In this document: positions 27,657-38,083 of the stretch, piece by piece
Position numbering within the stretch: the stretch's first letter is position 1
Layout of the letters: each line of letters opens with the position of its first letter
Assembly: GCA_963748215.1 (NCBI GenBank)
Contig: CAVVHS010000006.1
Location: 1-64,000, forward strand
DNA length: 64,000 bases
Source: an uncultured Gammaproteobacteria bacterium
GTDB taxonomy: Bacteria > Pseudomonadota > Gammaproteobacteria > UBA9214
Direction: 5' to 3'
Program-made: the position numbers and the translations under genes
Notes under the pieces: generated by a model
Told to the model about the DNA's origin: nothing
Database searches by the model: none
The model's input: only the letters and a program-made list of their open reading frames with translations

Positions 27657-27970
27657 ATGGTTGACTGCTGGCACTGGCATGGATGGCGGGCCTGTTGCTC
27701 GGCGCGATTTTCTTTGGCGGCCTTTGGTGGACGGTGCGCAAGGGCGTTGCGTCCAGACGACCGGCGCTTTGGTTTCTTGGCAGCCTGCTGTTGCGGACGA
27801 GCTGTCGTCGTCGCTGGATTTTATTTTGTCGCGGACGGTCATTGGCAACGGCTACTGGCCTGTCTGTTCGGATTTGTCATCGCGCGTGTCCTCGTGACGC
27901 GGCTCGACCGGCCCGCCGCTCGAACACTATAACACTAGCCTCGGCGAAGGAGGCCGGTCATGCGCCTTAG
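27649..27970 (+). CDS. atpR: AtpR (N-ATPase-specific subunit), frameshifted
   Basis: GLLLGAIFFGGLWWTV..PALWFLGSLLLR then GHWQRLLACLFGFVIAR in a shifted frame. Apparent +1 insertions near 27667 and 27803. Confidence 0.8.
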
Positions 27971-28658
27971 TCCCGACGAGATCATTTTCTGGCAATACGG
28001 GTTTTTCAAACTCAACGCCACCATTGTCTTCACCTGGGGGCTGATGCTGGTGCTGGCCGTCGGCGCGAAACTCATCACCCGCAAACTTTCCATCGGCCTG
28101 AAACGTTCCCGCTGGCAGAATCTGCTGGAAATCATCGTCATCGCCATCGAGAAACAAATCGAAGACGTCGGCCTCAGTAACCCGAAACAGTATCTCGGTT
28201 TTCTGGGTACGCTGTTCCTGTTTCGTCGCCATGAGCCGCCCTGTGCACCATCATTCCCGGCTACGAGCCGCCGACGGGTTCGCTCTCGACCACGGCGGCG
28301 CTGGCCCTGTGCGTGTTTGTCGCCGTGCCGCTTTTCGGCATCGAGGAGCAGGGCCTGGGCGACTATCTCAAGTCCTACGTCGCAGCCGACGTTCATCATG
28401 CTGCCGTTCAATATCATCAGCGAAATCTCCCGTACCCTGGCGCTGGCCGTGCGTCTGTTCGGCAACATGATGAGCGGCACGATGATCATCGCGATCCTGC
28501 TCACCATCACGCCGTTCATCTTTCCGATCGTCATGATGGCGCTGGGACTGCTCACCGGCATGGTGCAGGCCTACATTTTCTTCATTCTGGCCACGGTCTA
28601 CATTGCGGCCGCGACGCGCGTCCGCAAGCCCAAGGCTGAACCCGATGCAAAACCTTGA
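27960..28658 (+). CDS. atpB: N-type ATPase subunit a, with internal compensating frameshifts
   Basis: RWQNLLE and PFNIISEISRTLALAVRLFGNMMSG..QAYIF. The middle part (PGYEPPTGSLSTT) is out of frame between about 28225 and 28382. Confidence 0.9.
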   Translation: MRLSPDEIIFWQYGFFKLNATIVFTWGLMLVLAVGAKLITRKLSIGLKRSRWQNLLEIIVIAIEKQIEDVGLSNPKQYLGFLGTLFLFRRHEPPCAPSFPATSRRRVRSRPRRRWPCACLSPCRFSASRSRAWATISSPTSQPTFIMLPFNIISEISRTLALAVRLFGNMMSGTMIIAILLTITPFIFPIVMMALGLLTGMVQAYIFFILATVYIAAATRVRKPKAEPDAKP

Positions 28659-28690
28659 AGCATGAACGATGACAATCTAAGGAGATAAGT

Positions 28691-28973
28691 ATGGATAGCA
28701 TGACGATTATCGCGGTGGCATCGATTGTCACCGCCGGTATCACCACCGGATTCGGCGTCCATTGGGCCTGCACTTGGCGAAGGGAAGGCGGTCGCGACGG
28801 CGCTGACATCGCTGGCCCAGCAACCCGACGCCTCGGCCACCATCACCCGGACCCTGTTTGTCGGCCTGGCGATGATCGAGTCCACGGCGATCTACTGCTT
28901 CGTGGTCTCGATGATCCTCATCTTCGCCAACCCGTTCTGGAACCACGTCATCGCCCAGGCCGCCGGAAAGTAA
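28691..28973 (+). CDS. atpE: N-type ATPase c subunit (Na+-binding signature), +1 frameshift near 28757
   Basis: MDSMTIIAVASIVTAG joins to IGPALGEG..QQPD..RTLFVGLAMIESTAIY. Confidence 0.9.
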
Positions 28974-28976
28974 GCC

Positions 28977-29806
28977 ATGCTCATCGATTGGTTCACCGTC
29001 GGCGCGCAGGCGCTCAACTTCCTCATCCTGGTGTGGTTGCTGAAGCGCTTTCTTTACCAGCCCATCCTCGACGCCATCGACGCGCGGGAACAGCGCATCG
29101 CCTTGGCGCTCGCGGATGCCGACGCGAAAGAGGCCGAAGCCCGAACGGAGCGCGACGCATTCCAGCACAAGAACGAGGCGTTCGACCAGCAGCGCGCCGC
29201 ACTCCTGAGCCAGGCAACGGACGAGGCGAAAGCCGAACGTCAGCGGCTTCTCGATGAAGCGCGGCAGGCGGCCGATGTCCTGCGTGCCAAACGACAGGAT
29301 GCGTTGCAACGCGAACAACAGAGCTTGAACGACGAAATCGCCCGCCGCACCCGCGAGGAAGTGTTTGCCATCGCGCGCAAGGCGCTGACGGACCTCGCCG
29401 GGACAAGCCTGGAAGAACGCATGAGCGAGGTCTTCGCCGACCGCTTGCGAGCGCTGGACGATGAGGCCAAGGCAAGGTCTCGCCAGGTCCCTGAAGACAT
29501 CGACCGACCCGGTGCGCGTGCGCAGCGCCTTCGAGCTGCCGTCGGAGCAACGCGCTGCGATCCAGACTGCGCTCAACGAAACCTTCTCGGCGGACATCCA
29601 GGTGCGTTTCGAGACCGCGCCGGACGTGATCAGCGGTATCGAACTCACCACCAACGGACAAAAGGTCGCCTGGAGCATCGCGGATTATCTCGCGTCACTG
29701 GAAAAGAGCGTCGGCGAACTGCTGGAAAGAACGCTCTGAATCCGAGGCCAAAGCCGGATCCAGGCCGGAATCAGGGCCTGCGGCCAGTCCCGTGGAGACG
29801 CAATGA
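28977..29806 (+). CDS. atpF: N-type ATPase b subunit (b-delta-like extension), frameshifted
   Basis: MLIDWFTVGAQALNFLILVWLLKRFLY. The C-terminal VRSAFEL..ISGIEL..GQKVAWSIADYL lies in the 29461 frame. The end position is approximate. Confidence 0.85.
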
Positions 29807-31388
29807 GCGTGCCGCCGGATTCCTTGCAAAGTGTCTTCGACAACGCGTTCGCCGGCCTGAGCCAGGGACGCGAAACCTTTACGCCGCAACTGACGCCGCG
29901 CGAGGTGGGCACGATCACCAGCGTCTCCACGGGCATCGCCAAGGTCTCCGGCCTTCCCGGCGTGGGCTTTGACGAGCTGGTGAAATTTCCCGGCGGCGTG
30001 TTCGGCATCGCGTTCAACGTGGACGAGGACGAGATCGGCGTCGTGCTGCTCGGCGAATACTGGCATCTGCACGCGGGCGATGAAGTCGAGCGCACCGGCC
30101 GGGTCATGGACGTGGCCGTGGGCGACGGATTGCTGGGACGCGTCATCGACCCGCTCGGCCGGCCACTCGACGGCAACGGGCCGGTGGCCGCCAGCGAGGC
30201 GCCTGCCCATCGAGCGTCCCGCTCGCTGCCATCATGGACCGCGCGCCCGTCACCGTGCCGCTGCAGACCGGCCTCAAGGTCATCGATGCGCTCATTCCCA
30301 TCGGGCGCGGCCAGCGCGAGCTGATTCTGGGTGACCGGCAGACGGGCAAGACCGCCATTGCGATCGACACCATTCTCAACCAGCGCGGCAAGGATGTGCT
30401 GTGCGTCTATTGCGCCATCGGCCAGCGCGCGTCCGCCGTGGCGAAGGCCGTGGCCATCCTGCGCGAGAAGGGCGCGATGGATTACACCGTCGTGGTCGTG
30501 ACCGAGGGCAACGATCCGCCGGGGCTCGCCTACATCGCGCCTTACGCCGCGACCAGCATCGCGGAGCATTTCATGGAAGCGGGTCGCGACGTGCTGATCG
30601 TCTACGACGACCTCACGCATCACGCGCGCGCCTATCGCGAGCTCTCGCTGTTGCTGCGCCGTCCGCCCGGTCGCGAAGCCTTTCCCGGCGACATCTTCTA
30701 CATCCACTCGCGGCTGCTGGAACGCGCGACGCATCTGCGCGAGGAACGCGGCGGTGGTTCGCTCACCGCCCTGCCCATCATCGAGACCGAAGCGCAGAAC
30801 ATTTCCGCCTACATTCCGACCAACCTGATTTCCATCACCGACGGGCAGATCTACCTCTCGCCGTCGCTGTTCGAATTGGGCGTGCTGCCCGCGGTCGATG
30901 TCGGCAAATCCGTTTCGCGCGTCGGCGGCAAGGCGCAACGGGCGGCCTACCGCGCGGTGGCGGGCGACCTCAAGCTCGCCTACGCGCAGTTCGAGGAACT
31001 CGAAACCTTCGCCCGGTTCGGCGCCCGCCTGGATGAAGACACCCGCAAGATCATCGAGCATGGACGGCGCATCCGCGCCTGCCTCAAGCAGCCGGAATTC
31101 GCCCCGGTGTCCGTGCCCGCACAAATCGCCATCCTGCTGGCGTTGACCGCCGGACTTTTCGACGCCGTGCCGCTGGACCAGATGACGGACGCCGAGCAGG
31201 CCGTGCGCAAGGCGGCGGCGGAGATCCCGGCGGAGGTGAGCGAGCGCTTGGATAGCGCCGACACGTTGAGCGATGAGGATCGGGAAACGATTATCGACAT
31301 TGCCCGCCAGGCACTGGCACGTTTCCAGCCCAACGCTGATTCCCTGTCTCAACCCGGGGCCGGGACGGGTCCCGGGGAGGCATCATGA
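29803..31388 (+). CDS. atpA: N-type ATPase alpha subunit, frameshifted near 30198-30225
   Basis: [52 protein letters not shown]. Confidence 0.93.
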
Positions 31389-32292
31389 GCGACACCGCAG
31401 CGAGCCTGCGTCGCAAGATCGACAGCGCCGGCGATCTGCAATCCGTGGTCCGCACCATGAAGGCCATGGCCGCGTCGAGTATCGGCCAATACGAGCAGTC
31501 GGTGCGCGCCCTGGGTGACTACTATCGCACCGTGGAACTGGGCTTGAGCGTCTGTTTTCGTGACATGCGTGCGGCGGAATCGATAACCGGAGAGACAGGC
31601 AAAAACGGATGCGGCTGCGATTGGCGCGGTGGTGTTCGGTTCCGACCAGGGACTGGTGGGCCAGTTCAATGATGTGGTGGCCGATTATGCGCTCAAGACG
31701 CTGGCGGCGCTGCCCGGGGAACCCCGGGTCTGGGCGGTCGGCGAGCGCGTGCATGCGCGCCTGGCGGACGCGGGCCTTGCGCCGATGGGATGCTTCAGCG
31801 TACCGAATTCCGTCAAGGCCATCACCTCGCTGGTCGGGCAGATACTTATGGCGAGCGAGACGCGCCGCAGCCAGGGTGACATCGCCGAACTCCATCTCTT
31901 CTACAACCGCCCCGCGGTCTGGGGCGGTTTATGCACCCGTCAGTCAGCGGCTGTTACCGCTGGATGAAATCTGGCGGCGCAAGCTGGCCGAACGTCCCTG
32001 GCCGACGGGAAACCTGCCGGAGGTCATGGGTGGCGGCACCCCGACCTTGCGGGCGCTGATCCGCGAATACCTTTTCGTCTCGCTGTTCCGGGCGTGCGCC
32101 GAATCGCTGGCCAGCGAGAACGCGAGCCGTCTCGCGGCGATGCAACGCGCCGACAAGAATATCGGTGAACTGCTGGACGACCTCAACGGCACATTTCACC
32201 GTTTGCGCCAGAGTGGTATCGACGCGGAACTGTTCGACGTGATCTCCGGGTTCGAGGCGCTGAACGAATCCGGATTCCATATTGATGTTTGA
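31385..32292 (+). CDS. atpG: N-type ATPase gamma subunit, multiply frameshifted
   Basis: [25 protein letters not shown] and [22 protein letters not shown] lie in three successive frames. Confidence 0.88.
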
Positions 32293-32320
32293 TCCATAGA
32301 CTTCCGTCATAATCAAGTGC

Positions 32321-32386
32321 GAACGCTTCAACCGTATTTCCCATCTGGTCGGCGCCACACTGGCGCTGGCGGGTGCCGCGGCGCTG
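32321..32386 (+). pseudogene. Possible N-terminal stub of a hemolysin III/PAQR-family gene
   Basis: Reads ERFNRISHLVGATLALAGAAAL. The match is short and recognised by eye only. Confidence 0.4.
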
Positions 32387-32789
32387 GGCCTGGAACTCGA
32401 TGCACTGCCGCTGCGCGGCGCGCTGGCCCAGCTCTCTTGAAATACAACAGGGATTCATTGATCTTCGAAAAAGACAAATATACGGCCCCAGCAGGGTCCA
32501 CATACAATCTGTTATGTATATTTGGAGCTTTGCATTGACTCGCTCAGTATAATAAGCGACACAAAGGTAACCCGGTTAGCACAGAAGATACGGAATCGAT
32601 TAAACAATAAATAGATATACCTTTTAAAATCCGCTTGCCGGTCGGTGGTATTTTTCAATTTGGAGACGGAGAACCAACGTTCACCATTACTATCAATGAC
32701 CATAATGGCTTGACGGCGATAACATCGGTTTGATGAACTGCATTTTACTGAAGCTTACATCAATGGCAGCCTAGGCATTGATGGGGATA

Positions 32790-32881
32790 TCATGGCAGAG
32801 CAGGGTAGGGAAGGATGCTTTCAGGAACAAGACTGCCTAAGTTGTCGTTTTCAAGTGATAATTTGAAATTCGCCTGGGGCA
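32790..32881 (-). mobile_element. Solo IS end (same family as 19533-20099 and 35312-36510)
   Basis: TCATGGCAGAGCAGGGTAGGGAAGGATGCTTTCAGGAACAAG..AATTCGCCTGGGGCA. Confidence 0.88.
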
Positions 32882-33024
32882 GGTTATATTTCGGACGCTG
32901 ATGAGGGCAGTTGTTTGTCCTAAGGTTGCTTCTTTATATTACGGATCAGAAATCCTAAACCTTCTTCACCACGTTGCTAATGCTTATTCCATCAATTATA
33001 TAATTAAAACCGGAGCGGAATTTC

Positions 33025-33195
33025 ATGATTATAAGAATTATCATCGTACTTATCGTGTTGGCAATTGGCGCAACCATTGCCTACCAGATAGGCTGGTTAT
33101 CGGACAAGGGAGAAAATGCCTACGACGAAACCAAAGAAGCAATTATCGATAACAGCGAAAAGTTGATCGATAAAGCAGATGATGCAATGAAGTAA
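33025..33195 (+). CDS. Small single-pass membrane protein (56 aa; not in the ORF track)
   Basis: GGAG RBS; MIIRIIIVLIVLAIGATIAYQIGWLSDKGENAYDETKEAIIDNSEKLIDKADDAMK*. Confidence 0.7.
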   Translation: MIIRIIIVLIVLAIGATIAYQIGWLSDKGENAYDETKEAIIDNSEKLIDKADDAMK

Positions 33196-33514
33196 GACCT
33201 GCCAGAAATATTAGCGCTAAACTTCTGGTTCCTTGCGCGCCTTATGGGAAGTCAGATGATGAACTACTACAGGTTATGTCACATGCATCCTGGTTCCTGA
33301 ATGATGGGGTGTAGTTCTTTACCCTTGTTCTCTGGAAATAACCAATGCATTGCAAAGGCTGTTTCAATATCCTTTATAGCAACAATGCAAGGAAACCGGG
33401 GTAATCAGAGCGCGACCTAAAGTGCACCTGCGGTTCACGTGTTTTGCACCATGAACTCAAATGGCATCCTGATCGGTTCCCGCGCCAGCTCTCGACCCTG
33501 CCAGGCTGGACCGG

Positions 33515-33748
33515 ATGGACGAGATCAGGCCACACCATATCTTTCGCCGCATTGACGACCTGCGGGTGCGTCATTTTGACGAGCTGTATGATTCCCTTGA
33601 GCCCGGTCAGCTGATAGACAATCAGAACGTTCCCGAAGGCATGCACGACGAATGGCGCATGTCTCGCCCCGGTCGCTGGACACTGCAGATGGTGCAGGGC
33701 CAGTATGGAGGTGAAAGCACACGCCGGGAAGAGCATGCCGACGGGTAA
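33515..33748 (+). pseudogene. Possible C-terminal remnant of an FMN-binding glutamate-synthase-family protein
   Basis: EIRPHHIFRR..ELY..LEPGQL..P....EW resembles the C-terminus of that family. No upstream body is present. Confidence 0.45.
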
Positions 33749-33818
33749 GTCGGCTGGCGGATCCCCGGTGCGTGTTCAGATACATGAACTGCACACGAGC
33801 GTGCAAAGGAGGCCTTCG

Positions 33819-34304
33819 ATGAACCACCTGGTTTACAAATTCCCTGTTTTTATAGTCGCCATCATCTGGATGGTCGCCTCACAGGCTGAAGAAGGCCCGC
33901 CCTGGGGCCGCGCCAGTTTACAGGCAATCGACTATGCACCTCATAAAGTCGTGTACGATGTGGCGGTGGCAGATGTTGATAACTTTTCCCGCGTCCTTGA
34001 CCGGGTGAGTTTCCTGAACAATGTCTACCATTCCGATCCGTTCGATGCGTCAATTGTGCTTGTCTTGCACGGTGACGAAATACCCTTTTTCGCAGTAGAC
34101 AATTTCAGCCGCTATCAGGAGTTGATGCGCCGTGCACAGAGCCTGACAGTCGCCGGAACGGTGCAGTTCAGGATGTGCCGTATTGCGGCTGCCGGCCATG
34201 ATCTTGAACCTGGCCAGATACACGGGTTCGTCAAGGTGGTGCCTATGGCGGACGCGGAAATCGTACGACTGCAACAGGAGGAGGGATATGTCTACATGCA
34301 ATAA
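33819..34304 (+). CDS. Exported DsrE/DsrF-like protein
   Basis: GGAGG RBS, signal peptide, KVVYDV, VLVLHG.E, FRMC, VPMADAEIVRLQQEEGYVYM. Confidence 0.78.
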   Translation: MNHLVYKFPVFIVAIIWMVASQAEEGPPWGRASLQAIDYAPHKVVYDVAVADVDNFSRVLDRVSFLNNVYHSDPFDASIVLVLHGDEIPFFAVDNFSRYQELMRRAQSLTVAGTVQFRMCRIAAAGHDLEPGQIHGFVKVVPMADAEIVRLQQEEGYVYMQ

Positions 34305-35307
34305 GTGCCTGATGCCGGCCCTGCTGTGCGTGCTGGCGATAATAGCCCCGGCAGCGGCTGCCGAACGTACATCGACGCCGTACGGGACTGTCAGTCTTCC
34401 CTTTGTCCTGCACAAGGTTCCGAATGCGCCGGTCTATTACGTGATCGGACACTCCGGTGTGCCGGGCGCAGATAACGAAGGCCATACCTCCAACGCCGGC
34501 TTCGTGGTCACGGACGCAGGCGTGGTGGTGTTCGATGCGCTGGGCACGCCCGCACTCGGCTACCGTCTGCTGCAGCGTATCCGCGAGGTCACCGACCAGC
34601 CCGTAGAACGCATTGTCATCAGTCACTATCACGCCGATCACATCTATGGCCTGCAGGCATTCAAGGAACATGCCGGCGATCCGCCGGTGTGGGCGCAGCG
34701 CCTGGCGCTCGGCTACGCGGGAGGCACGGCCGCCAGCCAGGGCGAGGACGCCCGGCGGCGACTGGTACAGCGGCGCGAAGCGCTGTTTCCCTGGGTGGAT
34801 GAAACTACCTACATTGTCGCGCCGGATCACACCTTCGACACGGATGCGACATTCGAGGTCGGTGGTATCACGTTCGAACTGAAACACCTGGGGCCGGCGC
34901 ATGCGCCTGGAGACAGTATTATGCTGGTCAGGGATTACGGTGTGCTGTTCAGCGGTGATGTCATTTACAAGGGCCGCGTGCCCTTTCTCGACAGTCCCCA
35001 GACCGACATCGATCGCTGGCTGCAGGGGCTCGACTACCTGTCCGGACTGGAGCCGCAGCCCCGTTACGTGATCCCCGGACACGGTACGCCGTCGGACAAT
35101 CTGCAACAGGCCGTTGCCATGACCCGCGACTATATCGTCTATGTGTGCAATGCCATGCGCAAGGCCGTGGCAGATTTTGTTCCATTTGACGAGGCCTATG
35201 AGGCGACCGACTGGTCAGCCTACAGGGACTTGCCGGCATTCGATGCCAGTAACCGCGGTAACGCCTATCGTATCTATCTCGAGATGGAGGCAGAGTCGTT
35301 TGAATAG
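34288..35307 (+). CDS. Exported MBL-fold metallohydrolase (SoxH-like)
   Basis: SNAGFVVT..GVVVFD, SHYHADH, AHAPGD, VLFSGD, IPGHG. Confidence 0.85.
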   Translation: MSTCNKCLMPALLCVLAIIAPAAAAERTSTPYGTVSLPFVLHKVPNAPVYYVIGHSGVPGADNEGHTSNAGFVVTDAGVVVFDALGTPALGYRLLQRIREVTDQPVERIVISHYHADHIYGLQAFKEHAGDPPVWAQRLALGYAGGTAASQGEDARRRLVQRREALFPWVDETTYIVAPDHTFDTDATFEVGGITFELKHLGPAHAPGDSIMLVRDYGVLFSGDVIYKGRVPFLDSPQTDIDRWLQGLDYLSGLEPQPRYVIPGHGTPSDNLQQAVAMTRDYIVYVCNAMRKAVADFVPFDEAYEATDWSAYRDLPAFDASNRGNAYRIYLEMEAESFE

Positions 35308-35311
35308 ATCC

Positions 35312-36510
35312 TGTCCTTGGCGAATTCCTATTCATGCAGCAATTGGCGTCTGAAAGAGTCCATTGCAATGCGATAACCATGAATAGTTGCAGAGTTTTGC
35401 GTGCAGAGGTAGAGGATTGCCGCTATGAACCGCTGGCGTATCTCCGCCTAACGATTGATGGACCCGTTCTCGGTTGTAGTATTGCCTGAAGTCTGCGAGT
35501 TTTTGCTCAAGATCCTTAGCATTCCAAAAGAGGGTGTGATCAAGATATTCACGGCGAATAGTTCCGATGAGTCGCTCAATGAAGGGGTGCGATATAGGCA
35601 TATACGGTACGGCCTTTATCTCATCTACACTAAGAACCCTCAGGTTCGCTTGCCATTGGTGATATAGGGATAGTGGGTCATTGTCAGAGCCGATATATTT
35701 CGGTGCACACCTGGTTGAGATGACGGAGTTGAACATTAGACACAAGACCGCACCGTCCACATCACCGGCGTGTACACCAAAGCCAACGATGCACCGCGTG
35801 AATTGGTCCATGACCACTAGCACCCAGTGGGTGTTGAGCAGAATGGATTCACAACGAAAATGATCAATGCTCCAGAGACTGTGCTTCGTGTGTCCGATGA
35901 AAGTCAGCCATGACGGCCCACTATCATCGGGCGCTGGGCGGTAGTGCCTGGCAAGGACGCGCCGGACCAGATCCTTGTTAATATCCACATCAAATGCCAT
36001 GGTGATTTACTGCGCTATTCCAGGACAACCAAAGTGTGGGTTGCGTAGCTTTTAGTTCAACGATTGCTTGGATGAGTTCGGGTGATGGGCCCTTAGGGTC
36101 TGGTTTTTCTTTTCTGCCTGAAGAGTACAGAAGCCGGTACTTGCGCTTTATAAGGAGGCCATGGCATTTCAACAGCGTCGATGGCCGAATAGTCACTGCA
36201 GCACGTTGAATATGGCATGGGTTGAGAAACAGTGACCAAAAGCCGAATAGAAACCGATCAAGTGCCGAAGGATTAGGCGCGCGTTGCCGCGAACGGTTGA
36301 TGACCAGGAGCTGTTGCTTCATGAGTAGGCTGTCAGCGACAACAGCTCTCGCACCACCGGATCCTATGTGTTTGGCGAGTGTAGTCAAAAAAATTGGCGA
36401 GGAGTATCAGCAGATCCTTCATGGCAGAGCAGGGTAGGGAAGGATGCTTTCAGGAACAAGTCTGTCTAAGATATCGGTTTCAGTTAATAATTATCAATTC
36501 GCCTGGCACA
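35312..36510 (-). mobile_element. Full-length but frameshifted IS with rve/DDE transposase (IS481-like TGT..ACA ends)
   Basis: Terminal inverted repeats TGTCCTTGGCGAATT and AATTCGCCTGGCACA. The transposase is split over 35990-36388 and 35332-36000 (VVMDQFTR, SDND, ERLIGTIRRE, YYN..R.H.SL). The family assignment is tentative. Confidence 0.87.
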
Positions 36511-36914
36511 CGGTCCAGCAGGACAAAACCGGTTATTTTTCTGACGCCTGCGCAACGACTTCGAAATTTCCACCCCGGCACCTCCCCGCAGTATGGGAAC
36601 CCACTCCGTCAATGGTCCGTTGCACGCGCATGACCGGCGTGATCCCGGCGATGCTGAATCGCTCAGGCTGCCTCGGCACCACCCCGCATGTCACCGCAAT
36701 CCGGCCACAAACCCGGGGCCACACAGCCAACCGTCCTGTTCAATTAGTTGTGTGAAAACCTGTATAAATTCTTTGTATAGGAATTGTTGAACTATTTGCA
36801 ATCCGGGATATCCCACCCTGTGCATGATCGCAGTACAGCAGGAATATCGGAGTGAAGATGAGGCGGATAGCCGTGCCGCCCGCAGTCCAACGACCAGCCA
36901 GAGAGGAATACACG

Positions 36915-37604
36915 ATGACGCAACCGACCCGAGGTATGAAACAGCTGTTGATCTACAGCACCTGCGCCCTGACACTGGGTGCCATGAGTGGTGCGGCAAA
37001 CGCCAACATGTGCATGAAACATCCCTATGGCTACCATGCCTACAAGAAACCCATGTACGGGTACGGCATGCATCGTCATGCTCGTCCGATGCCGTCGTAC
37101 GCTTATCCACCGACACAGTACGAGCAACGGCTCCCCGAACAGCCAGCGGTGAAAAGCGCAGCGGTGGAGAAGCAACTGCAGAAAACCGGGGCTGGCGCAC
37201 AAACAGCGCCTGCGCCGGCTCGCGGTCCCGACATCGTCGAGACAGCCGCCGCTGCAGGTACTTTCAAAACCCTCATCAAGGCGGTGCTCGCGGCTGACCT
37301 GTACGATACGCTGCGTGGCGATGGACCGTTCACGGTGTTCGCACCCACCGACGCCGCTTTTGAAAAGCTGCCTGCGGGTACGCTGGCCGGACTGCTGGCT
37401 GACAAGGAGAAACTGGCAGCCGTGCTCACCTACCACGTGCTCCCGGGAAGGATCACCGCAGCCGACATCCTGCAACGGCGTGATTTCGAGACGGTCCAGG
37501 GACAGACACTCTCAATCGATGCACTCTCCGTAGTCAGTGCAGACATCGAAACGTCCAATGGCATCGTCCATGTTATCGACAATGTCCTGATTCCCGTCCT
37601 GTAA
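36915..37604 (+). CDS. Fasciclin (FAS1) domain protein with a His/Met/Tyr-rich N-terminal extension
   Basis: DIVETA..GTFKTL, GPFTVFAPTDAAF, LTYHV, SNGIVHVIDNVL; signal peptide. Confidence 0.92.
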   Translation: MTQPTRGMKQLLIYSTCALTLGAMSGAANANMCMKHPYGYHAYKKPMYGYGMHRHARPMPSYAYPPTQYEQRLPEQPAVKSAAVEKQLQKTGAGAQTAPAPARGPDIVETAAAAGTFKTLIKAVLAADLYDTLRGDGPFTVFAPTDAAFEKLPAGTLAGLLADKEKLAAVLTYHVLPGRITAADILQRRDFETVQGQTLSIDALSVVSADIETSNGIVHVIDNVLIPVL

Positions 37605-38083
37605 CCAGCAGCGGCGTGCACCCGTGCACGCCGCCTTTCCAGGCAGGGTAACAGTCGTCTGCGGTGTGGTGTGATCGTTTCAGGGCATCCCCGGCATTCG
37701 TCGTTGTGCCTGCACCAGAAATGCCCGTCGAAACGGTCCCTTGAGAAGGAAGAGGAACGCACAGTGCGCGAGATTCCTGGCCTGACTGGACCTCGTATGG
37801 ATTCAGTACTGTTCACCTGTTACGGTAGCGTTCATGTCCGGCATTTGCCGGTATGCCGGTTCACCGCGAGGCCCGGGCCATCCTGAACCCGCGCATGGGT
37901 GACGCAACCTGCCCGGTCCTGCGGGCGGAAACCTGCCGTGGATCCAGGGGTGAGAAGCCTGTACGGCTTCGGCAGGAACTGGCCGGCGAACAGCCACGCC
38001 TGTCGCCTGGTCATGAATACAGGCATGGGCATGGGTCTCTACCGGGCGGTGCAGCGCTCTGCACCGGGAGATCGCAACCGAGG

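Noticed and set aside
27649-32292. Programmed ribosomal frameshifting in the ATPase genes
   Set aside because: The breaks are numerous, irregular and not at slippery heptamers. Sequencing error or decay is more plausible.
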